Assembly (NCBI GenBank): GCA_010909165.1
Contig: MU008158.1
Span: 2,877,478-2,941,477 of the forward strand
DNA from: Anthoceros angustus
Lineage: Eukaryota > Plantae > Anthocerotophyta
Length of the DNA stretch: 64,000 nt
Direction: 5' to 3'
Part shown: positions 37,201 through 49,500 of the stretch, one piece after another
How the letters are laid out: each line of letters begins with the position of its first letter
Numbering within the stretch: the first letter of the stretch is position 1
Made by a program: the position numbers and the translations under genes
Notes under the pieces: generated by a model
Seen by the model: the letters and a program-made list of their open reading frames with translations, nothing else
Databases searched by the model: none
Told to the model about the DNA's origin: nothing

Positions 37201-38280
37201 CACCTATAATGCGACCCAATTAGGATAGGACTTCAGGATCGCCCCCACTTCAAAAGCCATATACTCACACCCTGGGATCGCTCGACTTCGGATGGAGGGC
37301 ACGAAGGGCGCTGATTGTCTTCTCTGAATTTGGAGCCACTGGCTCCGGGCAAAGAGCATGAGGAGCCCGAGCACACTCCCCAGCGCGGCCAAGCAAAAGA
37401 CACTGCTTAAGATGCACTTTCCTTGGGTCCGGACGAACACCATCCGCCCTAGCAGAGTCCAACCGAGACCTCACTGCGCGCCTGAGCTCTTCTTGTAGAG
37501 CCTCCCAATCCCCAACACTAAAACAGCGGAGATGGGAGGTGACCTGCAGGTGAACAGAGAAACCGCCACGGGAGCGCCAAAGACACCACCTGGGGAGAAA
37601 AAGGAACAACGCCCCGGCAGCATCGTCCTGGGGATCCTACGCGAGACACTCCAAGGGGAGTCGATAGACAAGACGAATGTCATGCCTAGGCCTGCGCCGA
37701 GGCCGGCGCACCAGGCACCCTTCGCGCGCTCGCCACTCGCCCGGCGCACCTGAACACTGCTCATTTCACCGCATGATCATGGTCGCCTTCACCCGCGTCC
37801 GCCTTCAGGATGTTGGAATGCGGGGCCGACACTTCATGGATGGTGCAAGCCATAGAGCACGGTCCTCTCCACCTCCCGCCACAAGCCTCTGCTCCGCCTC
37901 CTCTTGTGATGAATCCACCTCTGCTCCATGCCCTTACTGCTCCGCGCTAGTGCGTACCATCTCAGATCACCAGTTTGCACAACACCGACAAAGCGAGGCT
38001 GAGGGTCGATGCCGTCTCCGCCGGCCACACCCGCCTCTCCCTTCACCTAAACAGCACGATGAAGCCCAGCCGCAGCGCAACATGATCGCAACCTCCCGCT
38101 GCCAGCATCGGCCTAGAAATGAGCTCACCAAGCCACGCTTAGGTTTCCAGCGAGCGATGGCGGAGCCGTGGGGAGCAGCGCAACATGATCGCAACCTCCC
38201 GCTGCCAGCATCGGCCTAGAAATGAGCTCACCAAGCCACGCTTAGGTTTCCAGCGAGCGATGGCGGAGCCGTGGGGAGCA
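34300..38280 (-). mobile_element. Degenerate CRE-like non-LTR retrotransposon (RT + C-terminal restriction-like endonuclease)
   Basis: Minus-strand motifs 'CLLLGRAGECARA..PEPVAP..ALRALHP', RT 'DVQNAFNMVSRTAIF', 'GTKHGNSLGGALF' (degenerate G.RQGDPLG) and C-terminal 'LRTDL...KARKY...FIPLAIETHGAMG...FYRQRVSIAM'. Frameshifted. About 34925-36050 is duplicated at about 36051-37125. Ends are approximate. Confidence 0.7.
34326..34422. repeat. Four copies of a 24-bp minisatellite at the 3' end of the CRE-like element
   Basis: Unit ~TTGTCGTCGTCCTATATACCGTGC repeated four times with substitutions. Confidence 0.8.
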
Positions 38281-38595
38281 GGCGCAGAAGCAGAGCCATA
38301 CATGCCTCCAAATGGAAGAATATCAAGCGAGAGCATTGGAACATTATGAATAGTGATTGCACGGTCGCTTCGGTGTCGACGTGCCTAGTAGTAGTGGTGT
38401 CTAGGACCCAAAACCTAAGTAGCCCATTGCAATTCTTTTCTTTTTTCATAGGATATCAAGCAAGAGCGTTAGAATATTACCTGTTGAATATTACCTTTAG
38501 CGAACGCCCACTCTTGAGTGAATAGTGTCTGCAAGGGTTTTGATGAGCATGGGGATCACCCCTCAAAAAGTCAACAACCTCAAGGGGTGATATTC

Positions 38596-39015
38596 CTACT
38601 GAGGTAAACTAGAATTTGGGCATTTGTTGAAGAGGGTTTCAATGGTGGATTGGTTAAACTGTGATGATAGGCACTTGAGATGATCGCGAGAGCACTCTTG
38701 CGGTTGCCTTAGTATACATAATTTAGTTGATCGATCTATGTAGTTCTTGCAAAATATCTCACTTCCAAATTTGTTTGGGAAGGCAATGTAAAAGCCCGAC
38801 CAACCTAAGCATTCAGCATCCCTCAACGACTCAAACCACACCTTGCCCTCTCCTTGGAGAAAAAATGGGAAATAACTCACGTATTTCTTATCATTACCGA
38901 GCATACAGGCCTTCATGATTCTCCTGAACATCCAAAGATGTTCGTTAGGATCCATTTTTGGGGCTCTGAAATATTGAGGCAGAGCATGAGCATCTAGATA
39001 TATACATCTTGTCAC
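38596..39015 (-). mobile_element. Retrotransposon gag-like remnant
   Basis: 'DPNEHLWMFRRIM...YFPFFLQGEGKVWFESL...W..FYIAFPNKF' resembles Retrotrans_gag. Confidence 0.55.
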
Positions 39016-39329
39016 TCGGAGAGCGGTCTGAGCTCGAGAAGGCCATCATGGTTCGAGCACAACGAAAGCACGCCACCACGTTCAGGTTAGCCTATCTACA
39101 CAAATCTAATCAAGGTTCTAATTTGAATAGGATTCCTTGATCGCAGCTAAGACCAGGGCACAAAGGGAAGCTAGTGTATTCACTAGACCGAACAGGACAT
39201 TATCAAACATCTTCAACTTCAATGAATTGTCATCCTGCCCAAGCTTCTGAGGTTGGTGAATTTTTTCGCTAAAAGGCTTGAGGGATTTTATAGTAAAGGT
39301 AGACTAAGATAATTCACTGGTGATGTGTA

Positions 39330-40496
39330 CTGGGGTTTAATAAGCCCGTGGATTATCTCTCAATAGCCAAGTGCAAAGTGATATGGGTAGCACCGTTTTA
39401 GCGGTTTGTGGGTAGAGTTGGAGCTATATGAATTTTTGGATTAGTGGCTCATTAGGAAACCACTGCATAATTCTTCATTTTGAGGAATTGGTAAGCGTTT
39501 TTGAGAAAGAATGGTGATCGCAATTGTCTGCCAACCTCTGCATTCCTTCCGGTTTTCAAACACGTAGCACTTGTGACACTATGTATAGATGGACCAGTAA
39601 GATTGGAGTAATCATCTTGAAGATGTAGAGTTTGTTACAACAACATTGTACATAGCTTCACAGTCTACACACCTTTTCAGTTGACAGGTAACGAAGCAAT
39701 AAATATAGCTTCCACGTTAAATGCTGAAGTGTTTGAGAAAGTAGCAACGGAACCATGTAAGTTTATTGAATTGTTGAAAGGCTAGGCATAAAGTTGCCAA
39801 GGAGATTTTGGCCAAAGCTTAAGAAAGACAAAAGAAGTTTACTGACAAGCACAAACATGACTAAGGAAGAGTTTCAAGTAGGAGACAAGGTATGGGTGAC
39901 ATTGAAGAATTTCCCACTAGCACAAGGATTGTCCCCAAAGTTAAGGCCTAAGTATGGAGCACCTTTTAGTTCTAAAGCACTTGCATTTGAAATGTGGCAT
40001 ATAAACTACTACTATTCGTTACTGGATTTTCTCTTACAATGTATTTCATGTCACTTTGCTGAAACCATTTGTGATTTCCAAAGAGAATGAGGACATGAAT
40101 AGGAAGAACTAATATGTCATGTGACCAAAAAACTCGGTCGTTTTAGTGGCTCGTTAACGTTGTGGTCAGAATAAGAGGGTAGGCTCAGCGCCTTTGATCA
40201 ACGATTTGGGTGGGCGATGCATGATTGCACTCCACTCCTCGAAGGCGTTCTTGACAAGCACAAACATGACTAAGGAAGAGTTTCAAGTAGGAGACAAGGT
40301 ATGGGTGACATTGAAGAATTTCCCACTAGCACAAGGATTGTCCCCAAAGTTAAGGCCTAAGTATGGAGCACCTTTTAGTTCTAAAGCACTTGCATTTGAA
40401 ATGTGGCATATAAACTACTACTATTCGTTACTGGATTTTCTCTTACAATGTATTTCATGTCACTTTGAAACCATTTGTGATTTCCAAAGAGAATGA
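39330..40496 (+). mobile_element. Degenerate Ty3/gypsy integrase C-terminal fragment (partly duplicated)
   Basis: 'FQVGDKVWV..KNFP....SPKLRPKYGAPF' (GPY/F module) plus 'FHVTLLKPF' in an adjacent frame. 39843-40250 is repeated from 40252. Confidence 0.65.
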
Positions 40497-40586
40497 GGAC
40501 ATGAATAGGAAGAACTAATATGTCATGTGACCAAAAACTCGGTCATGAGTGGCTCGTTAACGTTGTGGTCGAATAAGAGGGTAGGC

Positions 40587-41231
40587 TCAGGGCCTTTGAT
40601 CAACGATTTGGGTGGGCGATGCATGATTGCACTCCACTCCTCGAAGGGCGTTGCCGTGACCGTCGGGAGCCATACCCAATTCAAAGACTGTAGCCTCACT
40701 CTCGGAAGATGAAGATGAAGATGAAGATGAGGAGGGGGAGGAAGAAGAAGAAGAAGACGAACTAGATCTCCTACCCTTCCTCTTCTTATGACTTCTTCTC
40801 TTTTTCCTCCTCCTGCCCAACTCTGCCGACTCCCACTCTTCTGCCAATCGGATTCCTCCAGCAAACGTTTTACTCCCTCGTCGACAATGTACCTCCATTT
40901 TCCTTGATAGACCGCTCACAAACCAATCCAGCGCTTGTTCCTGCGAGTAGCCCGATGTGGGAGGATTGTTAGGAGTCATAGGTGCACACTTTGGGACTCG
41001 ATCCAAATATCCGTAGAACCGCTCAACGTAATCAAACAATGACTCTCGTTTCTTCCTGCGGAGAGTTCTCAACTTTGCCAAGGTGTGGTGGGCATAGTTG
41101 AGCCCTCGAAAGCGATCAAGACAACCTGCCAAGGCCTCAAAGGAGAACATAATGGTGTTGAAGCTCTAGAGGAGCTCAAGACATTTTTGTTCTAGTAGTC
41201 CCTCCCTGCCCGTGCTTGAAAGATAACGAAG
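40587..41231 (-). mobile_element. gag-like ORF with basic and poly-Ser tail, interrupted by the large TIR transposon
   Basis: 'FEALAGCLDRF...LAKLRTLRRKKRESLFDYVERF...ALDWFVSGL' followed by RRKKRRSHKK and SSSS. The reading plausibly continues across the insertion into 62749-62790 (RLQLLP|FVIFQARA). Confidence 0.6.
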
Positions 41232-41257
41232 AACAGGGTCTCCTTAGGACTGGTGAC
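41232..41257 (+). repeat. Left terminal inverted repeat
   Basis: 24/26 match to the reverse complement of 62719-62744, preceded by GAAG. Confidence 0.85.
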
Positions 41258-42119
41258 GGCTCCTGGTCACTAGTTGGAAGGGTGTACACCGGGTCGAAAG
41301 GTTCACAAAAGCCACCCAAAACCATGTTTTCATTTCATTAAAAAAAACCACGAGCAAATCATAGAGGATCTTTTTCCGTGTTGTATGTCCGCATCTCATA
41401 TTAGTTTGGCTAACCAGCGGGTACATTGCCTATAAACGCAGATTTGAAAATCAGCAGTTTGTATGGACAACAAAAAGCAAACGCAATGGAAAGTCCACAT
41501 GTGTTGCGTCGGTGTCCACCGTCATGGTCACCCTCTGCATTAGTGGGAGGTCGTGGTGGCACCGGACGTGCATAAACCTTGCATCTCGCCCAATGTCGGA
41601 GTGGAGGAAGATTTGGACGCCTACCGCTCATGTCAGACCGAGCCGCGACCCCGTCTGCGAATCGTTTGGAAGTGGCTTGCCACGCCTCGGAATATTTGCA
41701 TGCGATGGAGACCCCACCTCTCGACAGCCGACTACTGAAACGAGAATTCCACATGGGCGATGGAAATTGGAAGTTGACCGCAGCTGGTGGCAATCACAAC
41801 ATGGGCAGGTTCCTTTCAAGCACGCCTGGAGTGATCCCGGCCTGCTTCATTGCTTGGTCCTTAAGGAATTTCTGGTTGAGGCGGGAGCTGGCAGTGCAAA
41901 CTCGCGACACTGTTGCAACGTGTTGATCAACACTGGATTCCCCACTCGGGGTTGGGCGGTGTGAATGGTGTGGAGGGCAAAGGAGCACCGACATGTCCAG
42001 TGTACTTACTGTGGTCAAGGATAAAATTGGAGAAAGTCATCTTGCTACATGTGTACCGAGGCGGTGTTAGTGCGACTATCTGTGAAAGCGATTGAACATC
42101 GTTGTGTTTGAGTTGGATT

Positions 42120-45100
42120 GTCACATGACATCCATTGTCATCTCTTCGTTCGGTTTTATCTCGTGGGTTTACAACATACATAGTCTTCCTAGCGAGGAGA
42201 TTAGGAACGATTTGGCGATTGTATTGATCCTGCATGCGAATGGACGCCGACGCGCTTCTTTGAAAATCGGTCCGTTGTTTACGAAATCCATACCTTGCAC
42301 GATTGTGCGACGCCCATGATCTCGCTCATCAAATACCCGGCAATCATCGAACACATTCTCGAGTCGTCACCACTCCCATGCTTCCTAGCTTGCGTGCTCC
42401 ACCAGCACCGTGTTCGTTGTCTAGAGTGCCTCCAGGACCTTGCCTGATGTGTTTGTTGTGTTCATAGCCTGCTTGCATGCACGTTCTACCAGTGCGATAC
42501 CACCGTCCGGTGCTTAAGACCCCACACCGGTTCCTCCTACGAATCCTCGAAACAAACACGTAGCCTATCCACGTCGCGACACACCTCGATCGTGAAGCAA
42601 AGTTTTCCAATCCTACATCCCCACCATCGGAGCACACCCGAGGAGGGTGCTCTTGCCTCCTTCACTTGCTCCGCATCCCCAAGGACCATTGAGTTGTCGC
42701 TGCGTGCTTTGCCATATGACCCTTGGTCTCGGGCTTCCTCGTTGGTCTCGCTTCAACGACACATATGAACCGGGCACCATGTTGTTCACCATGGGCTCCT
42801 TATTGAACGTCTTTCCGCCTCCATAGCCGGCTCCTCGCCCACCTCCTCCTCTTTCGGCCGGTCCATGGAATTGATTCAAGGTCCATGAATTGGCGCACTG
42901 GGATCCACATCAGCATGACATTACGGCATAAGCATGCTATCATGCAGGCCGATCCTGCGCACCGTCCATGGAATTGATTCAAGGTCCATGAATTGAGCGC
43001 ACTGGGATCCACATCAATAAATGACATTACGGCATAATCAATTGCTATCATACCACCCCGATCCTGCGCACCGCCCAAAGACCCAATCTCCCTCATCAGG
43101 TGAATCAACCTCTTCAAGAGTCTTAGGGGCTTCGATAGGGGAAACAACCCGATCATCCGCAGTGTTGTAACACAATTTTAGTTCCTGCTCGGTTCACACG
43201 GTTGTCACTCCACCGCCAAGTTGCGTCGGTTCTCGAGCACAAGCGGTTGAGGCACACAATCCTTATCCAAGCTCCTGCGCAAGTGAAAAGTCCCTCGTCG
43301 TGTCCTCGACAATCTTTGTCACATTGGTTTTATGCCGTAACATGTAAATCCCGGCACGCTTCCATCGGCACTTCTCTAACCATAGATGTGTCATCCGAGA
43401 ATGGAAGACCACAATACGAAATACAGGATGTGGTGATGCCTTTGAACCATGATGACCCCTTCAAACTCGCCTTGGTAAATCTTGTGTCATACTCTCGTGA
43501 TTGGGGATCTAGATCCAAGCCTCAGGAGGTCTAACAACAACAAAGCATACGGTCGGGCTCTACAAACCGGGCCATGTTCACTATGTTCCCACAGTATCCC
43601 GACCTTTGGGTTTTTCGGCTTGGAGTCGTTCACGATTGTCATCACTTATCCTCGGTGTGGTCGATTTCAAGGCACGTTGCGACTCCTCCATCGCTTCCTC
43701 GGCCTTGAATATGTGCTCCTTGAAGTTCTCGGTAGGGCACCCCTCAAGGCAAGTGTTGGCAGCTGCAGACATGAAAGACACATCCCACCGGTCAAATGCA
43801 AGCGGGCGTTCTCGTTCGAATGTACGGTGTGCCTCCACTTTCCATGACTTATAAGGACAAGAAGCGGCCTGAGAAACTACGATTTGGGTATAGCTAAGTG
43901 TTCATCGAGGACCAGTTTTTGAAGGCGGTGGAAGTTACTAATTTGATTCACCATGCGATGTCGGGATATCGTTCTGAACCTCTTCAAATGTCTCAGTGCA
44001 AATGCTTGGCGATGTCACATGGATGAGGTTGAGTTTTTGGCCTTGTCCACCCACACGAACATTTGTTTCAATGTCAATTCTCCGGCCAGACTTTCATGCA
44101 TCTTGTCTTCAAGTTGTTGTTCCCAGTACGGGATTCGATGCCACGAAACACTTCCATACCCTCACCGTATACTAAGCTCCTTTGTGTCAATGACCAAGTT
44201 TGCTCTAACATGTTGTCTTCCTTGAATTCCTGCGGGCCTTATTTGTTTGTGAGAGCCCGGTACACTTCCACTGCTCGAACCAGCTTCTCCCACTTCTCAA
44301 AGATTTCATCCACGTGCTTCACACCTCATCATCAACCTTCGCAACACAATAATCCGATTGTCCGGTTATCCACGAGGTGATAGCGACCTTAGGTCCATGC
44401 TTGGCGCATCCCACTTAGGAACCACCTTGACCGGGCATATATCTCAACTTCAGTCTAAGTCACACTTCACCCATCGGCTGGCCTTCATCTCGATTCGATG
44501 TACCTCACGGTCGATGAAAGTAAAAGTCTTCACGGCATCCGCAATGGTGTTGTGATCGGTGGCAACTAACCTCATCTCCTCATTTGTGAGGCCGGCAGAA
44601 CATATGCATCCATCCACCTGACTCTTGAACCAATGGATACAAGTCGGCTAGTCTAGATCGCTGGAAGGAATGATTCCTCAATACATAAAATTTGTACACC
44701 CCGATCCACCTTATCCATGTCAAAGAAGTTCTTGTTGGGACAGGCGGGTCTACAATGACAATCATGGGCAGCACACCACCACGTGGAATGCTTCATCTTT
44801 TGCATCAAAGCCTCCACCCAAGCGGTCTAGCTTACGTACCTTGCCATGACAATAGTTCTTACGGAGGTCTACTGTTGATGGGCCTTTAACGTGGACTCCC
44901 ATACTCTCTTTTCCCATAATTGCCTCCCTCGCAACATCTCTCCCTCGGCCTCATCGCTCATCGTCATCCGTGGCTCTGACCTCCTTGGCCTTCTCTATGA
45001 ACTTTGGGAGCTCTTGGCCCCTCTCGGACATCATGTGCCATTCGTTGCTTTGCTTGTTGACCTTCCCACCCGCCGTCCTCCACGGTGCCGGCCTCTCAAT

Positions 45101-46302
45101 CCCTTCCTCTTTTCCTCGATTGTCTACCCGCAATGGATCGACGGCTTGAACCCTTGAGTGCCATGGGCGGACCAAATCCCGGTCCGTTGCATCCACCTCG
45201 CCCCATCGTCATCTTCCACGTCTTCGTCGTCTGGATATGATCCACGGCCTCTGGGCCATCGGCCGAATGCCATCGCCAAACCCCTCATTGTCTGGTCCCC
45301 ACCCGCATCCTCATCTTCGTCGCCGTCGGCTAGAGAGGTTAGGGTGACATCATCGCAGCCCATGGGCTAGGAAAAACCCGCGGCTCGGAGTGTGGGCGGA
45401 CTGTTGCTTGGACTCGACCGGACGTCCGTGGCAACCCTCTTACCAGAAGCTTTCATTTCGCAAACTAGTTCTTTGAAGCGTGTCCAGCGGAATTATATTT
45501 TGTGCCACCACCTTTTGTTGCGGTTTCGGCCAGCGGATCATGCATATCGATGGCGGTTGCCAGCGACACACTGCACGGATGGATTTACTGATCCCATTAG
45601 GGCACTAGGAGTTGCCATTTGATTTCCACTCGGCGGATGCCATGCTAGGGGCCTTCTACGCTGCCCTTTCGATGTAAGCAATGCATCATCCGCACACCTT
45701 CTAAACATTGCTGGTGCAAAGCCTTGTGGAAGACACGATGTCCATCACCGTGTCGCAATGCCTCAAAGTTCTTGCCTTTTCCGCTCTGGTTGTACGCCAC
45801 AATGTCAAAGTTCTTCACCGCGACCGTATACTCTAATCCATTGCGGGTCCAGATTTAAGAGGCTCCTTGTGCTTGAGCAGATCGCAATATAGCGTACACT
45901 CATCCTTCATGGTAGATGAAAAGCGCTCCGCACATTTCTTTTGGCTGGTGTGGTTCGCATCATCCTCCATCGACACATACAAGAAGAGCAAGTCTTGATT
46001 GGGTCGTTACCTTATCCAACTTCTCTTTGTAATGTCAAATGGCGAGATCATCTTGTACATCGGTGGATCAAGTCAATATCGGACCGCTTGTAAGGACTCG
46101 AAAGATGCCTTGGTCGGCGGATGCTCTTGTGGAAAGACCCGCATCGGTGGCGATTTGAGTTGTCCTTGGAGTCGGGCTGGAGTGCGGGCTCGTCGCCTCG
46201 TTCAAGGCACGTGAGTCTGCCCTTCCGTCGCGCCTTTTTTTTCTCCACCGGGCGTCTGCGATTTGTTGGAGTCATTCTTCCGCTTGAGCCCCCCGGAGCC
46301 AT
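42120..46302 (-). pseudogene. Frameshifted (or mis-assembled) cargo gene: ParB/Srx-like domain + beta-class amino (N4C/N6A) DNA methyltransferase + SET-like domain
   Basis: Read across frameshifts. ParB-like 'VYKFYVL(G)NHSFQ.SRLADLYP...AGLTNEEMRLVATDHN...KTFTFIDR' (44500-44700). MTase motif IV 'RPYALLLLDL(P)xGLD...YD' (~43490-43555). Motifs X-I 'VVSP..KPLRLLKRLIH..DEGDWV...CAGSG..IAC..RNV..IDVDP' (42890-43160). SET-like 'SMGVVTTRE...FACRIN...VPN...MYVV..EIKPNEEMTMD' (42125-42400). Candidate ATG at 46302. Confidence 0.62.
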
Positions 46303-46560
46303 TACATGCAACTATGAAAGTGAGAGATCACAGTGTTTAGATTGTTAAAAGGCGATACATGGTGCAACTTCTCGAAACGGGGATCTGTGCAAGCGGAGTT
46401 ACGGTTGATGCTCACGGATGACTAGCCCACCTCGCACCCTCGAAACACTTGCGTGCCTGTGTTGATGAGGAGGTCGACAGTGTCCGATATCTGCTGCGGC
46501 TGTTGATGGACAAAGTCTTGGGAGTGGAGAACGACCCGTTTCTCGGTCGGCAATCTCTTT

Positions 46561-49500
46561 TGGAAGACCACATGTACACTAACCCTCCCACTGAGTTGGT
46601 TTGAATGTTTTTTTTGTTTTTCTTATGTTTTGTGTGATGGAGTGCTTAGGAAATGTCGAGGCAAGGCCTTTTATACTAAAAATGGTCCTTGGCCCATGAC
46701 AATATTACTTTTACAAATAATTAGTCCTTGGGCCTCGAACTGAATATCAAAGCTAGAAGGTCCTTGGACCTTGGGATTTTAGGAATAAAATTGTCTATAT
46801 AAGGTGGGGATCCTTCATTCAAAGAACAGGGGCCTGTGAACAAGTGGAGACGGCACCTCCGGAGAAGTTCGAAGCTAGCTGAGAGGTATAAGCGGAGAGA
46901 GGTGAGGCTAGGGCCGTGGTCAAGAGAGAGGCAACCCAAGAAGGAGAGCAACACTTGGTCAAAACAACCACCGCTAGAAGCAGCCACCACGGTGGTGGAG
47001 CCACCACGGTGGTGGAGCCACCACGGTGGTGGAGCCGCCATCGTCGCGGAAGAAGGACCCAAGGTGGGGAAGCCACCGTCGGGGCCAGAGGAGGGATGCA
47101 ACTCCAGGAAGCAACCTGTGATTGTCCACGAGCCGCATACCTTCACGTGTTGTGCTCGAGGAAATGAGCAAGGCGGAGGCTAGAGCATGGATGGAGGAAC
47201 GACGCTTGGCTGTCCATGATGAGGAGCGAGGAAACGCGCAGGGGCGAGAGACGCGCCTCCTAGGAGGAGTGAAGGGACCTCGGATAGCGGGAGTGAGGTG
47301 GAGATATTAAGGGAGGATCTTCTGGATCGAGGCGTGGTAGGAGAGCGAGGGAACACCCATGGGCCCATGAGCGGCGCCACGTGAGGCGCGCTGATTTTAG
47401 AGGAGCGGCATCATAGGTCGAGGCTTTCACTTGGATTAGAGGATAAGGTGCTAGGAAGCTTGTGAATTTGTAGATACCGAATTGGTAGGCGCGCATGGTA
47501 AGTTAGCCATCTTTAAACACCGGAGGTAGGTTAGCCATCTTTAGACACCGGAAAGTGAGCTATGGCGCCGCTGCCATGTATAAGAGACCCTTGAGTGTCT
47601 CTCTTAGACAATTTCGTGTGAGCTCCGTGTGTCGAATTTGTGCGCGTGGTTGGTTGGAGACATCCGATCGATGATGGGCCGATTCGGCAGGCTGTCTCGC
47701 CACAAGAGGGCCGGGAGATCCCCGGATGGTCGAGAGCCGAGTGACCAAGCTCCGCCGGGGTGACTAGTGGTGAAGGGTGCTCAATGCATGCCAGAGAGGG
47801 AAATTCCGGGGACCGGGTGAGATCGCGGTGCGAATCGCCTGTGGAGCCGACCACTGCTTTTTTTCCTTTCCCAACCCTGCCTAACCACAGTGTCTAATCC
47901 CAAGGAGGGTCTGTGGCCCAGGATGTGTGGCCCAGGAGGGTCTGTGTGGCCCAGGAGGGTCTGTGTGGCCCAAGGAGGGTCTGTGGCCCAAGGAGGGTCT
48001 GTGGCCCGAGGAGGGTGTGTGGCCCAAGGAGGTCTGTGGTGAGGTCTGAGAAGGAGGGTCTGTGTGGCCCAAGAGAGGTCTGTGGTGCCTAAGAGAGGAG
48101 GATCTGTGGGAACATCTGTGCGCGGTGGTGTATGAGGTCCTAGAAGAAAGGGGTGAGTGAGTCGTTGTGTGAAGAGGAGTCTAGGAAGTGGTGAGCGCGA
48201 AATGGAACGCGAACGCGAGGAAGGTTGGGAATAAATTGTGGGGTCGAGGAAATTACGGAGTGAGGTGCCGCGGCGTGCCATGGTGTGCATCCACCGTGAG
48301 CTCGTGTGAATCCACATGAGTGTGACTTGGTGTACATGTGAATCATGTGCATAGGACCATAGCCCTTAACGGCGCGGTGGGAACCGGCGCCGCATCATGG
48401 GCGCGGTGGTGGGTCCCACCACGGTGGTCGAACTTACCACGGTGGCGAATCCACCACGGTGGCGGAATCCACCACACGGTGGTCGAACTTACTACTGAAG
48501 TTGATTATGGCCGGTAGGAACTGATTGTAGGAGGACTAGAATCCATAGTTTTAGAACATCTTGACACAAAACCATTCCCTTGGGATCGAATCCTAGGACT
48601 ATAACGACATAGAGGGTAAATGTGGCCTCTTTGCCTTCGGATGCAAAACCATTCCACATTTTGGCGCGGGAATGAAACTGTCAGATTATAGGAAAGACTA
48701 ACCATAGCTTAGGTGTCTAGTCTTTGAGTGTATTTAGTTTGGTAGATGGATGCCACGAGTTGAGTCGGAGGATTGAGTCAAGTCGGAAGAGAAGCCTGCC
48801 GGCGACAGCCAAAGGAAGGTTGAAAAGGGTTGCGATCGGGAGTTGAGGAGGACCCAATTGGAGGACGACTTGCTGGAAGGAAGGGAGTAAGGAATCACCG
48901 GATTGGGGTCCGATCTTGTTGGAGCAAGATCCCCAATCTCGGTCTTGGACGAGGTACCACGGCCGAGGAACCTTGGTCCAAACTTGTCTTCGACCTCTTC
49001 CGTGTGTGCATCGCTCAATCAATCAGATGGACAAGGTCAATCAACGCATGGACCGTTCTTGAATCAACCACTACAATCGCCACGATACATGTCCACCACT
49101 GCGCGGTGGTGGTCACCACCAAGCAACCTTACCTGTATGGAGAGGGAAAGGGTATGAGGATCCCATGAATTTGTTGAGCGCTTTTGAGCCGACATTTGCA
49201 AACCAGAATCGGGTGATGCACATTCACTTTCTATGGAGTTCTTCGGTCCAAAGAAAGTGGTACGCGAGTACCTCAAGTCACCCACACCCCAACCACCTTT
49301 GAAGAATTGAAGAATGCCTTCGTGAGAGGTTTAGGGGATTGACATGGAGGGCTACGTGTTGTCCAAGCTTGAGAGGTTACAAAGAGAGAGGAAGGAAACC
49401 TTGCAAGCGTATGTTGAGAGGTTTCACCACGTGATCGTAGTGGTCCTCATTCGAGAGCCGCAGTAACACGGTGGTTCGCTAAAGGCCCGGGTTCTAAGAT

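Noticed and set aside
41579-41926. Plus-strand ORF containing 'GGNHN' inside the transposon left arm
   Set aside because: Short and without other supporting motifs. It cannot be called a gene, though it is worth rechecking in a consensus.
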